A DNA stretch of 61,916 bases, filler included, from Nemertoderma westbladi (Eukaryota > Animalia > Xenacoelomorpha): assembly GCA_032718475.1 (NCBI GenBank). It is 2 parts of 2 records of this genome, joined end to end, with 100 filler letters (N's around TTAATTAATTAA, not from the genome) between each part and the next. Parts side by side here need not be neighbours in the genome. Positions count along the whole stretch, not along the records: positions 1 to 30,776 come from JAUCBJ010005196.1; positions 30,877 to 61,916 come from JAUCBJ010000316.1. The stretch is one strand, 5' to 3'. Each line of letters starts with the position of its first letter. Within the stretch, counting starts at the first letter, position 1. Both the position numbers and the translations under genes were made by a program. The notes beneath the pieces were generated by a model that was given only the letters and a program-made list of their open reading frames with translations, searched no databases and had not been told where the DNA came from. Of this stretch, positions 27,641 to 37,429 are shown piece after piece.

Positions 27641-28009
27641 CAATGTTATATAGTGTCTGGTTGGAGATGTGTGCATTGTACTTGACACAATGGCTTGTTG
27701 GTGAAAGTAGAGTGAGTAGATTACATTGCTAATAGTACCGGTATATGGTAATAGATTTTGACCACTGGGATATCCGGTATTGGGGAATGATATAGGTTAG
27801 GCTTAGAGGTCAGTAGGTGGGTACTTTTATCTGTTTATCGTGGTTACAGAGAGAGTGCCGGTACCACTGGTACCGTACCTACAGTCCAAAGACCAACCCA
27901 AGGCTACAACCTGCAAGGACTGAAGGACTACTGAAACTTCAGTAGTTCTTAGGTACATCATACAGGCTACAGATCTACTGATACTGTGATAATTAAGGTG
28001 AATTCCAAT

Positions 28010-29260
28010 ATGCTTACCTCACTCCGTGGGGGTTGTCGTTCCATCCAGCGTTCCCTTCCCCGTTCCCACTCACGTTCCTTGTCCCACTTCCCTATTAACG
28101 ACGACTTCCATGGATTTACCCCGGAACAGAAACTCCTCCGGGATTCTGTGTTCTCGTTCTCTCAATCGGAACTCGCGCCTCTCGCCGAACCAATGGATAG
28201 GACCGGCTCGTTCCCCGAGATGCGGTCGGTATGGCAACGGATCGGTGCGATGGGGTACCACGGGGTTACAGTGGGGGAAGAGTTCGGTGGCGCCGGTTTG
28301 GGGTTCCTCGAACATTGCGTCGTGTTGGAGGAGTTATCCCGAGCAAACGGGGGGCTGGCCTTGAGCGCGTTGGCTCACGGGAACCTCTGCGCGAACCAGT
28401 TGTACCGCCACGGAACTGAGTCGCAATGCAAGCGATTACTACCGGGGATCTGTAGCGGCGAGCTGATCGGCGGGTTGGCCATGTCGGAACCGGAGTCCGG
28501 ATCCGACGTCATGTCTATGCGGACTTCCGCGGTGAGAGACGGCGACGGATTCCTGATCAACGGGACCAAGATGTGGATCACTAACGGACCGGTGGCCGAC
28601 CTGATAGTCGTCTACGCGAAAACCGACCCCGAAGCGAAACCCTCGCGACAACTAACAACCTTCCTCATAGAGGGAGGAATGGAGGGATTCTCATCGGGAC
28701 TCCCGTTGGATAAACTCGGACTCAGAGGATCTCCCACCTCCGAGTTGGTCTTCTCCAACTGCCGGGTGGGTACCGACGCAGTTCTAGGGGGTCTAGGGAA
28801 CGGCGCCGCTGTCCTTATGTCTGGGTTGTACGCCGAGCGGCTGTGTGGGGCTGCGTTAGCGGTAGGAGGGATGCAGGCCGCGCTGGATGTGGTACTGCCC
28901 TACGTGAACCAACGCAAACAGTTTGGGTCCCGTATCGGCGACTTCCAGCTGGTGCAGGCCCATGTATCCGAGATGTTTACGCGGTTGCAGGCCACCCGCT
29001 GTTACGTCTACGCCACGGCCCGCGCCGCTGACAACGGGTGTTTGGACTCGGTGGATTCCGCGGCTGTTATCGCGTTATCGGCTGAGAACGCAGACAGAGT
29101 GAGTGTGTTGGCCATTCAGTGTCTAGGGGGTAACGGATACATTAACGATTACCCCGTCGGGAGGTTGTGGAGAGACGCGAAACTCGGAACTATAGGGGCC
29201 GGAACTCAGGAAGTTAGGAAAATATTAATAGCCAGGGAACTTAATAAACTATTCCGTTAA
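28010..29260 (+). CDS. IVD: Isovaleryl-CoA dehydrogenase, mitochondrial, intronless, 416 aa
   Basis: Arg/Ser-rich transit peptide, LAMSEPESGSDV, NGTKMWITNGP, LDKLGLRGSPT, IVD-type catalytic LMSGL..ERL, RKQFG, QCLGGNGYINDYP, IGAGT.EVR. Confidence 0.93.
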   Translation: MLTSLRGGCRSIQRSLPRSHSRSLSHFPINDDFHGFTPEQKLLRDSVFSFSQSELAPLAEPMDRTGSFPEMRSVWQRIGAMGYHGVTVGEEFGGAGLGFLEHCVVLEELSRANGGLALSALAHGNLCANQLYRHGTESQCKRLLPGICSGELIGGLAMSEPESGSDVMSMRTSAVRDGDGFLINGTKMWITNGPVADLIVVYAKTDPEAKPSRQLTTFLIEGGMEGFSSGLPLDKLGLRGSPTSELVFSNCRVGTDAVLGGLGNGAAVLMSGLYAERLCGAALAVGGMQAALDVVLPYVNQRKQFGSRIGDFQLVQAHVSEMFTRLQATRCYVYATARAADNGCLDSVDSAAVIALSAENADRVSVLAIQCLGGNGYINDYPVGRLWRDAKLGTIGAGTQEVRKILIARELNKLFR

Positions 29261-29801
29261 ACGCTATTCATTAATTTATTATACTAATTTATTAATTTTA
29301 TGATTATGAAATGCAAATTATGACTTGTTATTTTTAATGGTATTTGTCTTATTAAACGCCAAGAAGTGAAAAAAATTACAAATATATTTAAAAAATATAT
29401 AAAAATATAGTTATAACAATAATTATAATATCGGGGGGGGGGGGGGGGGGGCTTTTAACACAATTAAAATTCATCCCTATCCAGGGGAAAGTCGATGCGA
29501 ATAACAGCTGATTACTCTCAAAAATGAAACTAACCTGTTCTATTGACGCCTGTTCTCTTGTTTTTATGTTATATTGACTTTGAAATAGTTTATTGATTTG
29601 GTTTGAATAATGTGCCACCGCAACCGGCTCCTCTCCCTTAATTTCTAATTAATTTTGAGACGAGGATAATTGGTCGAAAAATAGCGAAGGAGTAGTGATT
29701 TAAAAATGAAAAAAATGGCATTCTGAGATAAACGCGCAAAAGTGTTAATATGTGAGAATGTCTGTCAATATATTTCTAGCAACAAGAAACAACAAGACCA
29801 T

Positions 29802-30028
29802 GGGTAGGTGTAAAACGCGGATCCGGATTCCAAAATTATCAATTAACGTTGATTATTTTTGAATTATCGTTGAATTATCAATTACGTTATTTTAACCAAA
29901 ACAATAAACTAAAGTCAATAGAACAGGTTATAGTTTTATTTTTGGGAGTTATAAAAATGTAAAAAAAATCTACTTCCGTAGGGACAATGTTAAATGTAGA
30001 ATCCGGATCCGCGTTTTACTCTGACCCC
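29802..30028. mobile_element. MITE
   Basis: TIRs GGG..GTAAAACGCGGATCCGGATTC and GAATCCGGATCCGCGTTTTAC..CCC. Confidence 0.75.
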
Positions 30029-30284
30029 AAAACGATGCTGGGATTTTTTCTGTGGGGGTTTTCCTGGTCGCTGATTTAATTTCTGAGGCCAATTTTCATT
30101 TTTTAAGAAATTTAGGTAGTCCGTATGTCTGTATTTCGGTCTGTCTGACTTTCCGACACTTTTTCCAACTTCCTAATTGTCTGTTTGGGTGTCAGGCTGT
30201 CGGTTATATTTTGAGAGACATACTGACATTAAAAATTAATTAACCGACCAAGAAAACCCATACAGGGAATTTTGATAAACATAT

Positions 30285-30468
30285 TGAATTCTATGTCCTT
30301 TTTGCTACTCTCTATCCATGATCCAAGGTACTGGAAGTCATCGACCTTCCTTAGTTGATTATTATCAATGGTTGTCAAGTTTCCATCAACATTAAAGGTC
30401 ATGAATTCGGTCTTGGTAGCATTTATATGCAATCCAACCTCCTTAGCAGCCCTCTCCAATTTATTCAC
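30285..30468 (-). mobile_element. RTE LINE RT fragment
   Basis: LERAAKEVGLHINATKTEFM..VDDFQYLGSWI. Confidence 0.8.
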
Positions 30469-30642
30469 GTTATTAAGAATTGTTAAAAATTAATTTTATA
30501 TAAGCCGGCCTAAATTTATTAATTAGTAGTAATTTAATTAATTTATTAATTATACATTGTTTCCTTATCGAACGACGTATTAGTAACAACCAAACAGATT
30601 CATATACCGGTAATAATATATCAATCGCTGTTGATTTTCTAG

Positions 30643-30776
30643 ACGGCTGTGGGTTACCAATACGAAGGTAAAACCGATAAACACGCCAGCCAAAAAGACT
30701 ACAAACATGGGTGGGGGGAGAATTTGGTGTGCAAAAGGACAGACAAGATAAATCAGCAGTCGGCTACGAATACCAA
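30643..30776 (+). CDS. CTTN: Cortactin repeat exon, truncated by the gap; apparent 1-bp deletion in a G run at ~30713
   Basis: Acceptor ttttctag|. Reads TAVGYQYEGKTDKHASQKDYKHGWG, then in a shifted frame EFGVQKDRQDKSAVGYEYQ. Phase 0 matches the donor at 2980. Confidence 0.88.
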
Positions 30777-30876
30777 NNNNNNNNNNNNNNNNNNNNNNNN
30801 NNNNNNNNNNNNNNNNNNNNTTAATTAATTAANNNNNNNNNNNNNNNNNNNNNNNNNNNNNNNNNNNNNNNNNNNN
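30777..30876. other. Artificial contig linker N44-TTAATTAATTAA-N44
   Basis: Exactly 100 bp with a six-frame stop spacer in the middle. Confidence 0.97.
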
Positions 30877-31135
30877 AAATTATACGCTACCCGTACAGAC
30901 TTACACAAACAAAGTACAGACCAAACGATGGCAGACTACTCTCAAGCCTAAATAAACTACAGGACATGCAGACTCCGAAATGATTAGGGAGTATGCGCTC
31001 TAACCCAGTAGTGCGACTTATTCTTTAGTTGGGGGTTTACCTTACAGCGTTCGCTGCCCCTACTTCCTAACCGTACTTAATCGGACAGGTGATCTACACA
31101 CACTGCAACTCGTTCAGACTTAACAGCAATCAGAA
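30877..31135 (-). mobile_element. Diverged inverted copy of the BEL/Pao 5' leader
   Basis: Reverse complement aligns by eye to about 35915-36172, e.g. GCCTAAATAAACTACAG..TGCAGACTCCGAAATG. Confidence 0.85.
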
Positions 31136-32144
31136 TTGATCAAACTTTGATCAAACATTGATCAAAGTTTGATCAAAATGTGTCCATAGAATATCATTGA
31201 AAGTAGCATTGACATTGAAATGACATTGATGGCATATTGAAATGACCTTGAAATCGATGGACCGAAATTCCAGACTTTCTGTCTCATATTGAAATGACAT
31301 TGAAATGATTTCAAGGTAACAGTTTACATCGCTCTTCTGCGGCATGCCTTTGAACTCAGATTCCTGCCTAGAACTGGCTTTTGTTAATGGCCAAGCCGCG
31401 ATGTGATTGACAGGGCGGTGGATGGAGCTTGCTTGACTTTGTGGATGGACAGCAATTGGATTTACAAGGCGGTGTTGTGGTAGTGTCCCAGACTGAGTTT
31501 TGTTCTTGTAGGGCAGGGCCTATTATTACACCAACAACTAGTTCAGAAAAACAGCCTTTGGAATATTTTTAATTTATTGTTATATTAGAAATTGTTTCAA
31601 TGTTCCTTAAATCAGAATCAAGGCCAAAGACCTCCATTGACGTCTCCATCCGATGGCTGCCGCTGCATTGCATTTGCTTATACAGTAATTGTGTAAATTC
31701 GACAAGCTTCCTTCCTGCCCCTGCCTCTAATTATACTAATAAATGTAAATAAAGAAATAAATAAATCCAAGCGCCAGCGCCAGCGCACCCCCTAAAATGT
31801 TATGTACATCATTAGTTACGTATTTTTTAATTATTCATGTTTAATTATGTAACATTATACATGACACTTAAAACAAGAATAAACTTCAAAATGCGACTTT
31901 AGGTGTCGTAAATAATTATGTCTAGTTACATTCATATGACAGAATGAACAACATATTACTATTTTATCCATATTGAAGTTTGTTTAGATTATATAATAAT
32001 AATAATAATAAAATATCACCAAAGATTAATATGAAATGAAATGTTATTGGCTATATCTAAACATTTATATGCTACCGAGCGAAATAATTTTAAAACAATC
32101 ACCAATCACCAATAACCTCGGGTTTTGAAATAAAATTATTAGCC

Positions 32145-33182
32145 TCATCTACTGGAAATGAGGTAACAACAACTTTCTGTTTCTTTGCAGCTGTTGCATT
32201 GGTTAATGTTAAATTGGTTAAGGCATGGGTGTTGCATCGCATGCTTCCGTGGTAATATTTCAGGAAAGACATGTTGCGGTTGAGCGCAACTCTCTTCAAC
32301 ATCTGGTTTTGGTGATGGAATCTCAACGAATGCTTTAGGTATATCCAAAATGACAAAACGATCTACATTAGCCTCAGTAAGAGAAACACCATCCATTGCT
32401 ACTTTGAAAAAACTAATATGGGCTTTATCATTCAAGTAATGCAACTCAATAGAATTTCGGTCTGCTCCCGCTTCAGTAGGATTATCAGTGTTGGTAATAA
32501 TAATTTTTTTATCGGTTTTAATCATTTTGAGACGGTCTGATAGTTGAATGATATTTTTAAAATCATCAAAAAGATGCGTGCTTGTTTCGTCGATTTGCGT
32601 ATCCCACTCATTCAACAAAGAGGTTAGTTCCTGATTTGACAAATTAAAACCCGTATAATAGCTAAAACCAACACTACCAGCGTATCTGAGGGTGATTTTC
32701 CATAACCCAACATAGTTGGTTCCCTTGAATGCTGTTACAAATCCAATAAACTCTGGATTTGATAATTCAATGTAGAATTGATTGCCAATAATCTCTAGAG
32801 GTGGAGAGAGAAATTGCAATAATTTCTCCCTGTATTGAATTAGAACTTCAGTAAAAGCTTTGTTTAGAAGTTTACATTTGCCATGTTTCTGAACATAAAC
32901 ATCACCCGGTGTGGGGTTGATAGAAATATTCAAATTTCCTCGCGCAAAACGAAGTGTGGGATTTATCCTACCTGGTATAATTGGTGGTCTGGATTGATGT
33001 TGATTGTTGGTTGTTTCTAGAATGTCTAACAAATAGCGGGTATCTTGATGAGAAAAACAGATTGTTTCGTTGTCATCCTGAGAATTCACAATAAAATACT
33101 TGCTGTGAACGACAGTGCAAGTATATTTATTGTAAGTAAAATTCCAGCTATTTGTTGCTCCGGTTTTTTGCATTAAAGCCAT
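32145..33182 (-). CDS. Intronless 345-aa orphan protein with putative tandem PC4/Sub1-like ssDNA-binding domains and Cys/His tail
   Basis: Intact ORF in AT-rich DNA. FVTAFKGTNYVGLWK...GFNLSNQELTSL and LHYLNDKAHISFFK...GVSLTEA resemble the PC4 pattern VSVRDFKGKVLIDIR..KGISL..EQW..L. Confidence 0.55.
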   Translation of the reverse strand: MALMQKTGATNSWNFTYNKYTCTVVHSKYFIVNSQDDNETICFSHQDTRYLLDILETTNNQHQSRPPIIPGRINPTLRFARGNLNISINPTPGDVYVQKHGKCKLLNKAFTEVLIQYREKLLQFLSPPLEIIGNQFYIELSNPEFIGFVTAFKGTNYVGLWKITLRYAGSVGFSYYTGFNLSNQELTSLLNEWDTQIDETSTHLFDDFKNIIQLSDRLKMIKTDKKIIITNTDNPTEAGADRNSIELHYLNDKAHISFFKVAMDGVSLTEANVDRFVILDIPKAFVEIPSPKPDVEESCAQPQHVFPEILPRKHAMQHPCLNQFNINQCNSCKETESCCYLISSR

Positions 33183-33560
33183 AATAATAAATAGATACGA
33201 AAAATATTACAAATGATAAATTTTAAACTGTATCGCTGTAATAAATTGACATTTTTAAGTTGTAGAAATGAATATTCTTTGTTTTTACCAGTAATATGAT
33301 TGCGATGTTTGTTTTTATTGCGATGTTAAATTTAACAATAAGTCGTGGGAAAAACAAACACCATATTACAGGAAAAAACATCTGTACGAATATTCATTTT
33401 TACAACTTGATCGAGTCAAATTTATTACCGTGAAAATTATAAGTGATAAATTTTAATAAAAACATTCAGTTATATATATAATTTCTGAATAGAACACGAA
33501 AACGTAAGCAACAAATATGTGGCATAGATACGGCAGCGAATAAGAAAATAACCTAAATGC

Positions 33561-33703
33561 GGTTGGTTGGTTGGTTGGTTGGTTGGTTGGTTGGTTGGTT
33601 GGTTGGTTGGTTGGTTGGTTGGTTGGTTGGTTGGTTGGTTGGTTGGTTGGTTGGTTGGTTGGTTGGTTGGTTGGTTGGTTGGTTGGTTGGTTGGTTGGTT
33701 GGT
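33561..33703. repeat. (GGTT)n microsatellite
   Basis: About 35 perfect units. Confidence 0.98.
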
Positions 33704-34438
33704 CTGGAAATACGTGTACAATTAATTGAGAGGGTAGGGAGATGAAATAAGAATCATTGAGTTGTGTAATAATCAATAATTGTAATAAAAAAACGTACAG
33801 TATAATAGATAGCACGCAGTGCTAACTATTACTTAATGGGGTGATAGGATAGGGTTAGGATGAGTAACCAGGGAAACGCATTCGCTTCACAACGCAACGT
33901 GTCTACGTGTAGCCGAATTTCAAGTCCCATATAACACACACACACTGGTGCTGGTGATGGTCGAGTAGCAGGAAATCATTGAGTTGGCAATCAATATAAT
34001 AGATAGATAGATAGCGTAGTATGTGTGGAAGGGGTTAACGACCGTAAAGATGATAGGATACATTACAAAGTGAAAGTATAGCAAAGTGAAACAATGAGTA
34101 ACTGCAACCGCGACAGCGTGTGGCTTGGCTATGCGTAGTTGAATATCGATCATTGGTTGATGCGATGCGGATGAGTGGGGTAGCAGATGGTCATCATAAT
34201 GTAGCAAAATTTAGCGATTTCAATAGCCCTCTGGCAGGAATGTCCATAGAGAAGCATAGGGAGGACTTTCCAGAGGGACCCTCTTCGTCTACTACTGGTA
34301 CACACACATTTGTAATTCTATCATATTTAGGCTGAAATCAGACGCCATAGCCCTACTTTACTGGGATGACAGCTACAGGTATTGAGCTACATGTAGTACC
34401 ACAATACAGCTATCAGGATCTGGGGACCCTAGCCTGGC

Positions 34439-35549
34439 TGTAAAAGCTTTTGCGGACATAACAAGTCATTTTTACGCAATGCGCAGAATACTCTAAAATA
34501 GCCCTAAATTTATCCAACTACGCGACAGGAAGGAATTAGAACCAAGATGACGAAATCTGTCAGCTGATTCTTTGTGGACGTGGAGGTTCTTTGTTCTGCC
34601 TTATTCAGCCAATCAGAGCGATTTTCACTTGATTTTCACAGAAACCTATGGAAACTCGCGCAATGCATTACGGTCTTTGTTTACTATTTTCTGAGCATCA
34701 GAGCCAGCTCGGAATTTTCTGTGCTTCTGTTGGAAGTTTCAGACTTTGGCCTAGGAACATCAGATGGCCTTGATTATAAGAACGTAAAACTATTAACTTA
34801 TCATTCTACTGATCATACTTAACTCACCTTGATTTCTTTGTTTACTATTTCATAACTGCATAAGTAACACATGCTGACTGTTCGCCGCATTATTTTACTT
34901 CTGTTATTAATTATTGTTATATTAATGGATATTGCTGTTATATTTGGAGAATACCGATAAATAATCATAAACCCCTCAATCTTCTTGATTACTGAGGTAA
35001 GAGGAACAGGTTTACCGGTAGCAACTGCGACTTAAATTATAGTGGTTTGTGTGAATTAAATGCTATTTCATAATCCCTACATGTGTCAGTTGAGATCCTC
35101 CTTATATATGATCAAATTCAGTGACGGTCGGCAGATTAGTGCGAAGTAGTGTGAAGTAGTGTGAAGGTTAATAAAGCATCTCCTAAAGAATGCGCTATTT
35201 ACAAAACTCTGTGGCCATCTAGTTGTGATTAGTATAAGTCATAACTCTGTTTTTATACTTAAAACGCCATATCCTAAAGGAACTGTTAATATTTCCCCGA
35301 AAGTAAATATATTTGTCAGAGAAAATATAGTAACGATCAATCGAATAATACAGTAGGTCTACACTGCAATAACTCTCAAGGAATCCGAATCCAGTCTCCC
35401 ACACCGTGGGTCATACGCCGCGCACGGACTGGCTTAGGCTGATGTAACTTCAGTACACTAGGTAATTGATAAAGGCTAAAGTCGATTTATAAACAAGAGG
35501 ACAACTAAAATTGGCAGGTTAAACTGCTAAAGGTCTAAAAGCACGAACA
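34439..35549 (+). repeat. 5' LTR (1111 bp)
   Basis: TGTAAAAGC...CGAACA. CCAAT box near 34609 and AATAAA near 35170. Confidence 0.95.
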
Positions 35550-37429
35550 TTAATAGTTTTCAGTTTCTTGATTGCACAGTAGGCAATAAATATACTTTGT
35601 CTAATGTTCTGGTAAGAACAATAATAGATTTTAGTTTCTTTATTGCGCCATAGGCAATAAAGTCGAATGTACCGGTCGGACGGTAAGCTGTAGGCCTAAA
35701 CACCCGAACTGGTACTTACAGGTACAGCAGTGTTATTTCGATTATTAAATATTGTATATTGTAGGCTGTTAGGGGATTAGGGATTGATCACCCCTTATTC
35801 CTTTGTATGGTTTACTTATTTCTGTCAGTTTTATTTATCTGTAAGTGTAATATTGAGCAGAAGGCGTGTAAGCCTGCTCAGATTGTATAAATAATTTGTA
35901 GGCCGGATTGTTGTCTAACTGTTGTTAGGTCTGAGGCGATTGCAGTGTATGTAGAGTGTCTGTCCAATAAAGTGCTAGTTAGGAAGGTGGGGGCATCCAG
36001 TGCTGTAAGGTAAATCCCCCCGAAAGAATAAGTCGTACTACTTGGTTAGAACACCTACTAACTAACCATTTCGGAGTCTGCATATACTGTAGTTTATTTA
36101 GGCTTGACAGTAGTCTGCCAGCATTTGGTCTGTGTTTTGTTTGAATAGTCTGCACGGGTAGCGTAATATTTATTATTCAGAGATTATGCGAGTATTCGCA
36201 ACCTCCAACTCCCCAAGTTTATTCCTACAGTAATTCTGCTTGTTATACATACCATTATAGTTAAATTAACCCCGGTACTACATCAGGGCTGCTTGGCGTA
36301 GGTAAAGACTGGTGATTTTGTGCTCCGGTCACTCCAGCAGATACCGTGGTTCTTTTGGCTGTTCAAGTATATTTAACTGCTGGTTATTTGTTGTATAAGT
36401 ACTTGTACCTAATTTAGGATTTAGAGTACAGTGCTTTCCGAAAGTAATTTAGTGTGTAGGCAGTATATGTGTGTTGTAACGTGGTTAATAGGTACGTTAG
36501 CTCTGGTTGGCTTCGATAATTAACCTCTAGGTAAGGACACTCCGGGTACATAACGTAGTACTTATAGAGTTTAAGACTATAAGTTGTCAGACGGTGTTAT
36601 TTCCTTATCTGGACAACGCAACTTACTTACTACTGCTTTATTGGTTTCAACTACCGTAGTTTCCTGTCAGTTTGTAAGAACCAGAAAATCTAACTCCTTG
36701 TTAGGCTGGTTTGTAGATTTCTTGTAAAATTACCCTAAAAATTGTACGTGTAACTTGTTTATTGTTTAATTAGAGATTGTAATCTCCACCTGTTTGTAAG
36801 TAATTTGTAGTAATAAGTAACTTAGTAAAGTAGAATTATCTGTATTAGTGTCGAACAAGTAGCACTCCACTGAGAGTGTTCAGCTTCTGTGTAGTGTAGA
36901 AATAATAACATTTATTTCAAATATTGTCAAAACCCTTTGTACGGGTATATATATATATTTATAAATCCACTCAAACAGATTTATAAAATAGTAGGCCTGT
37001 TATATATCAATTAGGTCTCAATATCAGTTGAACTACTGCTTAATATCAGTAATAAAGTAATGGGAAGTAACCATAAAATTCAGAAATTCAGTTATTATTA
37101 AATAATTGACATTACCGGTATTTACGGTTAATTATTAATTATTCTGTTGTGATATTAAACGATTTGGTGGGCCGGTATTTACGGTAAGCTTATTATATTT
37201 ATATAAATTTAGGCTGAAATTATATACCGATATTCTGTGACTGATCCTAGTCTGTAATAATACTTATACATATACTATAAGTGTATACCGGTATTTTAAT
37301 ATTATATATATATCACGTTACACTGAGTAACGGTATCGGTAACTAACTACTAGGCTTACAGTTGATACTGATTCCTAGACTTGCTTTAACTGTCATTATA
37401 GTAGTAGGCATTCAACTGTAAAATAAATC

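Noticed and set aside
30777-30876. Biological palindrome, or linkage between the left and right halves
   Set aside because: Artificial six-frame-stop linker; adjacency across it is unsupported.
33453-33815. QPTN/LVGW repeat ORFs
   Set aside because: They are translations of the (GGTT)n microsatellite.
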